Source: a virus. Taken from it: a stretch of 32,211 bases of DNA. The notes under the pieces were generated by a model. It made no database searches and was not told the DNA's origin. It was given only the letters and a program-made list of their open reading frames with translations. Below are positions 24,554 to 31,820 of the stretch, in pieces (position 1 is the stretch's first letter; the number at the start of each line of letters is the position of its first letter). A program made the translations under genes and the position numbers. Location: IMG/VR virus record IMGVR_UViG_3300045988_170007. One strand, written 5' to 3'.

Positions 24554-24609
24554 GAACCCCCGTATTTCCTCTAGCTGACTAGGGGAAATGCGGGGGTTCT
24601 TCTTTTTTG
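24554..24609 (+). terminator. long-stem intrinsic terminator after the lysis cassette
   Basis: About 21-bp stem GAACCCCCGTATTTCCTCTAG/CTAGGGGAAATGCGGGGGTTC followed by TTCTTTTTT. Confidence 0.8.
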
Positions 24610-24652
24610 TGCGGGGTCTAATACTGGTTCATTTTCGGGGTTTGCTGGTTTC

Positions 24653-24674
24653 AAAGTGGCGAGTAAATGGCGAC
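24653..24674. repeat. 22-nt direct repeat copy 2, AAAGTGGCGAGTAAATGGCGAC
   Basis: See copy 1. Ends 5 nt before the integrase stop codon. Confidence 0.8.
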
Positions 24675-24678
24675 CAAA

Positions 24679-25776
24679 TTACGCCCCCGCCAGCCCCTCC
24701 AACACGTCAGCAAAGACAGCTTGCCGGTCGCGCGCCACATACGCGCTCAGCGTCTGTGCCTCCGAGGCGTGGCCAAGCTGCGCAGACGCCTCAGCCAACC
24801 CGAGACGCTCATCGAGGAAGGTTGCTGTGGTCTTGCGGAGAACGTGCCAGGTCACCCACTCTAGCTCAGAGCCTGCCAGCGCCCGCTGGAGGTAGTTCCG
24901 TGCTGAGTTGTAGGCAAGTGGTGCCCCGCCTTGCTCGAACACGTGCACAGCCCCGTCACGGGTCTCTGAGTGCCGTCTGCGGAGCACATCGAGCACAAAG
25001 GGCGGCACCTGCAGGGTGCGGGGCTCGTGCGTCTTTGTGTCAGCCTGCCAGCCGCCCTTCTGGATGAGTGTGCCGGCTACCGTGACCGTCCCCGCGTCCA
25101 GGTCTACGTCCTGCCAGCGGAGCCCAGCACCTTCGCCCCAACGGCATCCAGTGCCAAGCAGGATGTCGACTAGATCGGGTAGGTATCCGTTATAGGTGCG
25201 GGTTGTGGGCAGGGCGGCGACCAGCCTGCGCAGCTGCCCGACCTGTTCAAGGGTGAGGGCGCGGACGTCCTTCTTCTTGGTCTTGACGGTGCGGGTTGCC
25301 AGGATAGGGTTATGAGGAATCGCGCCGAGGCGTGTCGCCTCATCCAGACACATCTTCAAAATCAAGCGCTGATTGTACCGCGCGGTGGGCGCCTTGATGG
25401 TGGAAAGGTAGGCGTCGAGTGTGCCTGCGGTTAGTTCCCTCAGTTGCAGGGAGCCTAGCGCGGTTGAGGCTTGCCCAGCCCACAACCCGTAATTACGTGT
25501 CGTGTTGGTGGCAAGCCCGTCGAGCCCGTCCATCCACCGCTGGAGCGCGACCTTGAGTGTGGTGGAGCCACTGAGGGCGGCACCCGCGGCAGGTAGCGCC
25601 GCCAGCTTGGTCTTGAGTTTGTGTTCGGCTGCGGCTTTAGTGGGTGCCTGGGCGGTGATGTTGCGGCGCACGCCTCGGGCGTCCCGGTAGTTGGTTCGGG
25701 CACGCCACACCTTCGGGCGGATGCGTGCGAGGTTGATGACGCCGTGCGTGCCGATAGGGAGCGGGTCTCTAACCAT
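24679..25776 (-). CDS. int: tyrosine recombinase integrase
   Basis: TGCRWGE, HVLRKTTATF and LGHASEAQTLSAYV correspond to the R...HxxR...Y catalytic set. Start chosen at the MVRDPLP ATG with AAAGGA upstream. Confidence 0.9.
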   Translation of the reverse strand: MVRDPLPIGTHGVINLARIRPKVWRARTNYRDARGVRRNITAQAPTKAAAEHKLKTKLAALPAAGAALSGSTTLKVALQRWMDGLDGLATNTTRNYGLWAGQASTALGSLQLRELTAGTLDAYLSTIKAPTARYNQRLILKMCLDEATRLGAIPHNPILATRTVKTKKKDVRALTLEQVGQLRRLVAALPTTRTYNGYLPDLVDILLGTGCRWGEGAGLRWQDVDLDAGTVTVAGTLIQKGGWQADTKTHEPRTLQVPPFVLDVLRRRHSETRDGAVHVFEQGGAPLAYNSARNYLQRALAGSELEWVTWHVLRKTTATFLDERLGLAEASAQLGHASEAQTLSAYVARDRQAVFADVLEGLAGA

Positions 25777-25884
25777 GTCGTGTCCTTTCTGCTTGCACAG
25801 GCGCGTTTTCGCACCTATACTCGTGCCCGCACCAGATGGTGTGGAACCACGTTTTTCTTCCTTACACGTGAACATGCGATGCGG

Positions 25885-25940
25885 AGAGCGGCAATCTTGC
25901 CTCAGAGTAACGACTGAGACAAGGTTGCCGCTCTATTTTT
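25885..25940 (+). terminator. hairpin with a T-run on the + strand only, overlapping the immA 3' end
   Basis: 21-bp stem (one mismatch, one G-U) followed by ATTTTT on the + strand. No U tract in the minus-strand direction. Confidence 0.5.
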
Positions 25941-26325
25941 GTGCCCTCAACCAGGCTTCAAGGATGCGGTCAGTCACTTCGAGTTCTGCGGCGGCGGCGG
26001 AGAGCGAGTCAGGTGAGACTGCCAGGGCTGTTGCGACAGCGTCGGGTGTGAGGAGCCAGCCTGCGGCGATCTGGTCAGCCTTACGTTCGCGCTTGAGCGC
26101 GGCGATAGTGTCGAGGGGAGAGTGGGTGTCGCCCTGGGTGGCGTGGGCGAGTTCGTGGGCGAGGACGCAGCGGCGTTGCCGGTGAAGGAGCCCTGGTTTG
26201 GTGATGATGGTGCGGGATTCCTCGTCCCAGAGGGCGAGGGTTCCGGCAGGTGGTTGGGCGTCGATGATTCGGATACCCAAGCTCGCGGCGTGGGCATCTG
26301 GACTATATGGGGTTCGGTGATTCAT
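25933..26325 (-). CDS. immA: ImmA/IrrE-family metallopeptidase
   Basis: HELAH zinc motif. About 130 aa, directly downstream of the XRE repressor genes. Confidence 0.75.
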   Translation of the reverse strand: MNHRTPYSPDAHAASLGIRIIDAQPPAGTLALWDEESRTIITKPGLLHRQRRCVLAHELAHATQGDTHSPLDTIAALKRERKADQIAAGWLLTPDAVATALAVSPDSLSAAAAELEVTDRILEAWLRAQK

Positions 26326-26361
26326 GAGAAGTTAGTGAATAGGGGAGTGGTCGGGAAGGGG

Positions 26362-26742
26362 TTAGGCGCTGGCTGGGTCTTCGGCGATGATGTCGTCAGC
26401 GGGATCCGCGGCGAGGGCGTAGCCTGCCTGCTTTGCGGCTTCGGCACGCGCCAGAATCTGCGCAGCCAGCTGAGCATCAGTAAGGGGAGCAGCCGCTTGT
26501 TCTCGCATGGCGTTGTATGCTGCAGAGATAATTACCGTCATGTCCACATTGAGTGCGGTGCAGATGGTCATGAGGTCACGAACGGGGAGCGAGCCCTCTG
26601 ACCGGTATACGGATCGGCTGAGCTTACTCTTGGAGATACCGGTTTTTGCAGCGAGAGTCAGCAAGTCTTCACCTCGCCGAACCATCCATACCTTGATTTC
26701 ACGGTTCACCAAGTCGTTGAAGAGTTCTGCTTTGGACTGCAT
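26362..26742 (-). CDS. XRE-family HTH repressor paralogue 2
   Basis: HTH LAAKTGISKSKLSRS. The C-terminal tail LAAQILARAEAAKQAGYALAADPAD is shared with the upstream paralogue. Confidence 0.75.
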   Translation of the reverse strand: MQSKAELFNDLVNREIKVWMVRRGEDLLTLAAKTGISKSKLSRSVYRSEGSLPVRDLMTICTALNVDMTVIISAAYNAMREQAAAPLTDAQLAAQILARAEAAKQAGYALAADPADDIIAEDPASA

Positions 26743-27146
26743 TATGCGCCCCAGCTTGAATCGTCGGTAATGACCTTATCTGCAGGGTGTGCGGCTAGAC
26801 GGTAACCAGACTTGGTCGCCGCTTCAGCACGCGCCAAAATCTGCGCTGCCAATTCTTTGTCGGACATGGAAGAAGTCTCAGCTGCTTGTTCTACACGCAG
26901 AGCCTTTTCCGCATCACGTACAACGGTAGAAGGCTCAACACCAAGAGCCTTACAGATACGATCTAACTCATTTGTGTTGAGAGGGGAATCGAGCTTGTAG
27001 AGAGTGAGGCTGATTCGGTTTCGGCTCACTTCTGCTGCTTCTTCAAGGTCTTGTATTGTCATGCCACGACGTCCCATCCATGCACGAAGCTCTTGGTTGA
27101 GCTTCTTGCTGAACTGGTTTGCGGGTCCAATTGCTTTACGTCCCAT
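26742..27146 (-). CDS. XRE-family HTH repressor paralogue 1 (CI-like, likely leaderless)
   Basis: HTH LEEAAEVSRNRISL. The ATG at 27146 lies 6 nt after a TACTAT -10. TAATG overlap with paralogue 2. Confidence 0.75.
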   Translation of the reverse strand: MGRKAIGPANQFSKKLNQELRAWMGRRGMTIQDLEEAAEVSRNRISLTLYKLDSPLNTNELDRICKALGVEPSTVVRDAEKALRVEQAAETSSMSDKELAAQILARAEAATKSGYRLAAHPADKVITDDSSWGA

Positions 27147-27152
27147 GGCTAT

Positions 27153-27182
27153 ATAGTACAAAAATTTTGAAAAATTTCCCAA
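27153..27182 (-). promoter_or_regulatory. candidate repressor promoter TTGGGA-N18-TACTAT
   Basis: Read on the minus strand. The -10 ends 6 nt before the repressor ATG, implying a leaderless mRNA. Confidence 0.4.
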
Positions 27183-27189
27183 TATCATC

Positions 27190-27219
27190 TTGACATTCTC
27201 TAAATAGGGAATGTAAGGT
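27190..27219 (+). promoter_or_regulatory. candidate early (Cro) promoter TTGACA-N18-TAAGGT
   Basis: Perfect -35 and a TANNNT-type -10. The operator copy lies in the spacer. Confidence 0.45.
27196..27211. promoter_or_regulatory. operator copy 1, TTCTCTAAATAGGGAA (imperfect palindrome)
   Basis: Exact 16-mer also present at 27498-27513. 12 of 16 positions are self-complementary. Confidence 0.55.
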
Positions 27220-27246
27220 GTTGATACAACCCATGAAAGGAGGAAT

Positions 27247-27483
27247 ATGGATAACCTTGCACGGACTGTTCGAGAGAATATTAGCCTTGCACTTGCAAAA
27301 ACGGGGACTACACAGCTAGACCTACAGGCTGGCACTGGTATTTCGAAGAGCAAGATTAGCCGCGTACTTGCCGGTGAATCAATTCTGAACTCTATCGAGA
27401 TTTACCAGGTTGCCTTGTTCTTCTCGGTGGCTCCTAACTGGATGTACACCGAGCATCTTCAGGAAGTCGCTTTGAGTCTATAA
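27247..27483 (+). CDS. Cro-like XRE HTH protein
   Basis: Divergent from the repressor. HTH LQAGTGISKSKISRVL. AAAGGAGG RBS. Confidence 0.75.
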   Translation: MDNLARTVRENISLALAKTGTTQLDLQAGTGISKSKISRVLAGESILNSIEIYQVALFFSVAPNWMYTEHLQEVALSL

Positions 27484-27497
27484 ATTTTTGCCCATCT

Positions 27498-27513
27498 TTC
27501 TCTAAATAGGGAA
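27498..27513. promoter_or_regulatory. operator copy 2, TTCTCTAAATAGGGAA
   Basis: Exact repeat of 27196-27211, located between the cro-like and xis-like genes. Confidence 0.5.
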
Positions 27514-27531
27514 ATCCCTCAAAGGAACATC

Positions 27532-27753
27532 ATGCTAACCATTCCTACCGACAGGCTGACGCTCTGGTCACCTGAAGAACTTGCCAACGCACTCGGCGTG
27601 AAAGAGCAGACTCTCGCTGACTGGCGAACGGCACGCACTGGCCCTGCCTTCATCCGCACCAGTAAGGGTCAGCGCGGCGGCAGGATCTACTACACCTCAA
27701 CCGCCGTCATGGACTGGCTCCAGTCCCTACCCGTCACCAACACCACCAACTGA
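27532..27753 (+). CDS. excisionase-family (MerR/HTH_17-like) DNA-binding protein
   Basis: LWSPEELANALGVKEQTLADWRTARTGPAF pattern. 73 aa. Confidence 0.6.
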   Translation: MLTIPTDRLTLWSPEELANALGVKEQTLADWRTARTGPAFIRTSKGQRGGRIYYTSTAVMDWLQSLPVTNTTN

Positions 27754-27763
27754 GGAAACACCA

Positions 27764-28018
27764 ATGTCCACCACCGAAGCCCAGAGGCCCACCCGCCCAC
27801 AGCCCTACCTCGACGAAGTCATCCAGGAAATGTACAACATCATTGAGGACTTCGCCCTCTACGCAAAAGACCGTGATAGCACCACGGTGCATATCACGGT
27901 CAAAGAAGCAATTGCCGTCGTAGAGTCGGCGCTCGCACGACGCCGATTCCAACTCGCCGTCCGCACGAAAACTAGAGGCCGATCGCCTTACGAGCACCAG
28001 CCCAGGCAAGAGCCCTAG
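27764..28018 (+). CDS. hypothetical early protein
   Basis: GAGGAAACACCAATG junction motif. The 3' 47 nt overlap the convergent minus-strand gene. Confidence 0.45.
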   Translation: MSTTEAQRPTRPQPYLDEVIQEMYNIIEDFALYAKDRDSTTVHITVKEAIAVVESALARRRFQLAVRTKTRGRSPYEHQPRQEP

Positions 28019-28661
28019 CGTTCTCGGGAACCTGCAGCCAGTCCCATGCACGGCGGTAGAACGCCTTCGCTTCGGAGTCTGTGGAGCGGTGAGACACTGC
28101 ATCGACTAAAACAGTGAATTCCATATATGCGTTGTACAAGCTGAAGCTACCGCTCAGCTCATCGGAGAAAGCGGCCTCAACACGGCACATAACCTCGTGG
28201 ATGTACGCACGGAAAGAACTGCTCAGTCCCTTGTCGTCTGCAACGTAAGCCGCGACCTCGCGAACCTTGGAAGCCATCTCCTCACGCTGGGAGTTGAGCC
28301 AATCAAGCACCCCAGGTTCAGTGGAGCTACTGATTGCATCAAAGGTACCCGCCAAAGCAGACAGCATGTCCAGCTCGTAGCTCTCTAAGTGGAACGAAGA
28401 GTCCCACCCGTGGGGGTACTGGAAAATCGCATGAGCCCACCGGGCGTAATACTTCGAGGCCCACGACAAATTATGTTCGGGGCGCTCAACTTCCGCGACC
28501 TTCACAAGACGCTGGATATCACGCAGCAGAAGCGCCGCATGCAAAGCCTGCGAGATTTCCTCCTCAGTATCCAAAGGGCGTGCAAAACGTGCAGAAGAAG
28601 AAGAGGACTGCGACCAGCTCTCAAACACGCGAAGCAGCTCACGAGCAGGGTTAGCAAGCAT
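27972..28661 (-). CDS. hypothetical 229-aa helical protein, lone reverse-oriented gene in the early operon (moron candidate)
   Basis: ATG at 28661 with GAGGA 8 nt upstream. Non-repetitive, balanced amino-acid composition, unlike the antisense artefact ORFs. Confidence 0.6.
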   Translation of the reverse strand: MLANPARELLRVFESWSQSSSSSARFARPLDTEEEISQALHAALLLRDIQRLVKVAEVERPEHNLSWASKYYARWAHAIFQYPHGWDSSFHLESYELDMLSALAGTFDAISSSTEPGVLDWLNSQREEMASKVREVAAYVADDKGLSSSFRAYIHEVMCRVEAAFSDELSGSFSLYNAYMEFTVLVDAVSHRSTDSEAKAFYRRAWDWLQVPENARALAWAGARKAIGL

Positions 28662-28780
28662 TAGATAACTCCTCACATATTCACTATCGGGTTCATCAAC
28701 CCACCATACATGAGAAAGAGCTTAGAAAGATGGAACTCCGCGCACCCCGTGGAACCACCACCACCAACTAAGGAGAAGCA

Positions 28781-29032
28781 ATGACCACGAACGAAGAGAG
28801 CGAATTTCTCCGAGGAATCGGAGAAAGAAACCTCAGCGTGATCCGGCAGCTTGCCGCGGGGATGCACCTAGGCAACGTCGAAGTGGCTATCACTTACGAC
28901 TCCAGAATCGACGTCAAAGAATTCACCATCCGAGGGCTCCTCCTACCCCTCTCCCCAGAGGAGGAGGAAGAGGCGGAAAAGAAGAGGGAGGAGCGGATTC
29001 GTAAGTTACTCGACCAATTGAAGCAGAGATAA
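28781..29032 (+). CDS. hypothetical protein with an acidic/basic C-terminal helix
   Basis: TAAGGAGAAGCAATG junction. Confidence 0.5.
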   Translation: MTTNEESEFLRGIGERNLSVIRQLAAGMHLGNVEVAITYDSRIDVKEFTIRGLLLPLSPEEEEEAEKKREERIRKLLDQLKQR

Positions 29033-29063
29033 CCACACCACCAACGAATAAGGAGCACTAACC

Positions 29064-29609
29064 ATGAAAACCGCCAATGACGTGGCGCACAAACTAGCCA
29101 CCACATATGCACGAGGCACCTGGTGGGTCGGACCCCCCATCCTCAGCCGCCACGACCCCCGCCTCGAAGAAGGCAAAACCGCACCGGCGGCATGGTGCGG
29201 AGTCTGCCAGACAGTCTTCGCCGAGTTCCCCAACAGTAAGCGCCCCTCCATCTCTGCTGGCGCCGCCGCACCAGCCCACATCAAAGACGCACACCCCGCG
29301 ATTTGGAACGTGTTCATCGAACAGGCACACATCGCAATCCGAGCCGCCGTCATCTGGTGGGCACGCAGGCGAAACCTCCCCACCCACCAGTGCCTCGAAC
29401 TCGTAGAGAACCCTCTGGATAAGCACTGGATGAACATCCACATGCCCTGCCCCATTGGATGCGGCATCACACTTCACGAGCACTTCGCCGCCGACCAGAT
29501 CAAGGACGAAGCAGGCCTCACCTTCTCACAGGACGTCACCGACGCCTGCATCCTCCGCATGGCTGAACACCTCATGCGGCACAGCAGCGACAAGCTCAGG
29601 GCACTCTAA
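29064..29609 (+). CDS. hypothetical 181-aa protein
   Basis: TAAGGAG RBS. Several Cys/His residues. No recognised motif. Confidence 0.5.
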   Translation: MKTANDVAHKLATTYARGTWWVGPPILSRHDPRLEEGKTAPAAWCGVCQTVFAEFPNSKRPSISAGAAAPAHIKDAHPAIWNVFIEQAHIAIRAAVIWWARRRNLPTHQCLELVENPLDKHWMNIHMPCPIGCGITLHEHFAADQIKDEAGLTFSQDVTDACILRMAEHLMRHSSDKLRAL

Positions 29610-29634
29610 CCCATCAAACAAGGAAGAAACCGAA

Positions 29635-30225
29635 GTGACTACCAAGACCAAGCGCGACCGCGCAGCAGGCCGCCAGCACCGCCACACCGCAATCCAAGGC
29701 ATTATCAACAACCACCAAGGCATCATCGACGACATCGCCAGCATCGACAACAGCATCACCGCCCTGCAAGAGAGGACATGCGACCTCGGCAACAGGGTCG
29801 ACAGCTGGTACACCAAGCTCGACCGAGCCAACAAGGACGCCCTCTCAAACGTCGCCTACACCATGCAGTGTGTCGTCGAGAACGAACGTAAGGCAGCCGA
29901 AGTTGAGAGCGCCGTCGGCATCCTCCAGGAGTCCAGCAAGGAACACCAGAGAGACATCGCCATCCTCAAAGAGGTCACTAAGCGACAGATGCCCATCAAC
30001 GCCAATCAGGTGACCATCAACAAGATGGCTCACGACGCGCAGAAGAAGCAACAGAAAGCTATCGCCCAGCTCATCGCCTACACGAACAAGGTGAACGGCC
30101 GCGCTGACGCTCTCCAGGAAGAGCTCGATGACACCAACCACCGCCTCTTTCAGCTCGCATGGGTCAACACCGTTATCTGGTTCTGTGCAGCACTCACCAT
30201 CTTCGCTCTTCTCATCGTCCCGTAA
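29635..30225 (+). CDS. coiled-coil protein with a C-terminal TM anchor
   Basis: GTG 8 nt after AAGGAAG. Tail VNTVIWFCAALTIFALLIVP. Confidence 0.5.
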   Translation: MTTKTKRDRAAGRQHRHTAIQGIINNHQGIIDDIASIDNSITALQERTCDLGNRVDSWYTKLDRANKDALSNVAYTMQCVVENERKAAEVESAVGILQESSKEHQRDIAILKEVTKRQMPINANQVTINKMAHDAQKKQQKAIAQLIAYTNKVNGRADALQEELDDTNHRLFQLAWVNTVIWFCAALTIFALLIVP

Positions 30226-30235
30226 GGAAACACCA

Positions 30236-30442
30236 ATGGAACGCACTATCCGAAACACCAAGCTCGTCATCTGGGTGCTTGTCCTCGCAACCGTCACCAT
30301 CGCCGGCATCGCGAGCGCCCAGGAAGATATCGGGATCCGCGGCGTCTTGCTCGTCGCCTCGTTGATCCCTGCGGCACCGGCAATTCTGCTGGGTTCGTGG
30401 GTGAACGACATGAAGGCAGGTGGTCTCGGTGAGCAGCGTTAG
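30236..30442 (+). CDS. small two-TM membrane protein
   Basis: TAAGGAAACACCAATG junction. Hydrophobic segments LVIWVLVLATVTIAGIA and VLLVASLIPAAPAILLG. Confidence 0.5.
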   Translation: MERTIRNTKLVIWVLVLATVTIAGIASAQEDIGIRGVLLVASLIPAAPAILLGSWVNDMKAGGLGEQR

Positions 30443-30767
30443 GGCTAAGTTGCCGTCCCCTGCTGATTGGGGGGGGTCTGAGCGTTTATACACGCAGGCT
30501 GAGGCGGCTGAGGTTCTTGGTATTAGCCAGGGGACGCTGACGAAGCGTGTACACGGCTGGACTATCAAGGCTGTGGCGTGGAGTGAAGAGACTGGTTTCT
30601 GTTTCACGCAGTCTTCGTTGGATAAGGCTCTGGAGCATGCGTCAGCGCGCCGCGCTCGCCATAGGACGTACCGGGGTTGTTTCCCCAGCGCGGAGATGCT
30701 GACCCCGCCGCGTATGCGAGTCTCCACGATTGACTGGAGCCGCCCCTACGAGGGAAAGGAAGCGTAA
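30420..30767 (+). CDS. HTH_17/excisionase-family DNA-binding protein
   Basis: LYTQAEAAEVLGISQGTLTKRVHGW motif. The start is uncertain (GTG 30420 or 30429). Confidence 0.55.
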   Translation: MVSVSSVRAKLPSPADWGGSERLYTQAEAAEVLGISQGTLTKRVHGWTIKAVAWSEETGFCFTQSSLDKALEHASARRARHRTYRGCFPSAEMLTPPRMRVSTIDWSRPYEGKEA

Positions 30768-31285
30768 TGAACACGTGTACTGGCTGCGGGGCACCTATCG
30801 AGGAGCGTACCCGTGGATGCAGGATTTGCTCCAACAGGCACAACAAGTGGCGGCGGGACGGCGATAAGCGGGCGTTGCGTCCGCCGGACCCGGAAACCTG
30901 CCGCATGTGTGGCGGCCCGTACTTGACGAGGAATCAGCGGTGCCGCAGTTGCGCTCACCGCCACGACTACTGGCTCCGCATGGGGGATCCTCGAGGAATC
31001 CCCGGCCCGCGGAAAATCTGCAAAGGCTGCGGCGGCGACATCAACACGTACACCGACGGGTGCAAGATATGCGATCGACGGAAACGTAAGAGAGAACGCC
31101 GAGCCGCCGAGGCACAGGAACCCCCCACCACCACACAGCCCCCTGCAGAACTCATCTACCGCCCACACCCCACCATAGACCCCGTCCCCGAGGACACTCT
31201 CGACAGCCCACGAGATATCGAGAACCTCCACAACCTCCAATCCTGGCTGAGTGCTCGCCGCGCTCGCCTCACCAAGAAACACTAA
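30767..31285 (+). CDS. protein with three tandem CxxC-N9-11-CxxC zinc-ribbon modules
   Basis: CTGCGAPIEERTRGCRIC, CRMCGGPYLTRNQRCRSC and CKGCGGDINTYTDGCKIC, each followed by a basic stretch. Confidence 0.6.
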   Translation: MNTCTGCGAPIEERTRGCRICSNRHNKWRRDGDKRALRPPDPETCRMCGGPYLTRNQRCRSCAHRHDYWLRMGDPRGIPGPRKICKGCGGDINTYTDGCKICDRRKRKRERRAAEAQEPPTTTQPPAELIYRPHPTIDPVPEDTLDSPRDIENLHNLQSWLSARRARLTKKH

Positions 31286-31306
31286 CCACCCCCTTTAGGA
31301 GTCACC

Positions 31307-31522
31307 ATGCGGCACATCATGCACACCGTCGAACATGCCGCCCTTGTCCAGGCCGCCGCCTACGGCAAACACCGCGCCGGCGCTCTCTGCGGCAAGACCA
31401 TTGACATTGACCTGTCAGGATACTTCATCACCTACGACCGCGCCCCGCAGCGCACGCCGGAGAAACTACCCGGCGTATGCGCCCCCTGCCCCGCTTGCCG
31501 AATGGAGCGACACAATGCTTGA
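31307..31522 (+). CDS. hypothetical small protein
   Basis: AGGAG RBS. C-terminal CAPCPAC. Confidence 0.45.
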   Translation: MRHIMHTVEHAALVQAAAYGKHRAGALCGKTIDIDLSGYFITYDRAPQRTPEKLPGVCAPCPACRMERHNA

Positions 31523-31820
31523 CGTCGACATCCTCGGAACCCTCGCAGAAGCCACCTGGCTCGACCACGAGAAGAACTGCCGCATGAGCGAAACCCACCG
31601 CCGAGCCCTCTACTGGATCACCCTCCACTCAGACACCAACGGGCACAGCGACCTTTCCCCCACCAGCCTCGCCCAACACCTGGGCATCTCCCAGCCCACC
31701 GCCAACAAACTCTGCAAAGAGCTGCGCAACGCAGGGCTGGTCACCTTCCTCAAAATCGTCCCCTCCGCATCGCAATGGCGGTGCGAACTCAACATCGAAA
31801 GAATCGGAGCGCTGACATGA
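31515..31820 (+). CDS. winged-helix (MarR-like) DNA-binding protein
   Basis: LAQHLGISQPTANKLCKELRNAGLV. ATG at 31515 overlaps the previous gene. Confidence 0.55.
   Translation: MLDVDILGTLAEATWLDHEKNCRMSETHRRALYWITLHSDTNGHSDLSPTSLAQHLGISQPTANKLCKELRNAGLVTFLKIVPSASQWRCELNIERIGALT

Noticed and set aside
24619-24666. Second holin-like gene remnant upstream of the second 22-nt repeat.
   Set aside because: The in-frame reading upstream of the repeated ...SGE-stop hits a stop after 15 codons, and there is no further similarity to the holin gene.
24588-25067. 159-aa + strand ORF downstream of the lysis terminator.
   Set aside because: It is antisense to the integrase C-terminal catalytic region, Arg/Pro/Ala-rich, and starts inside the terminator T-run.
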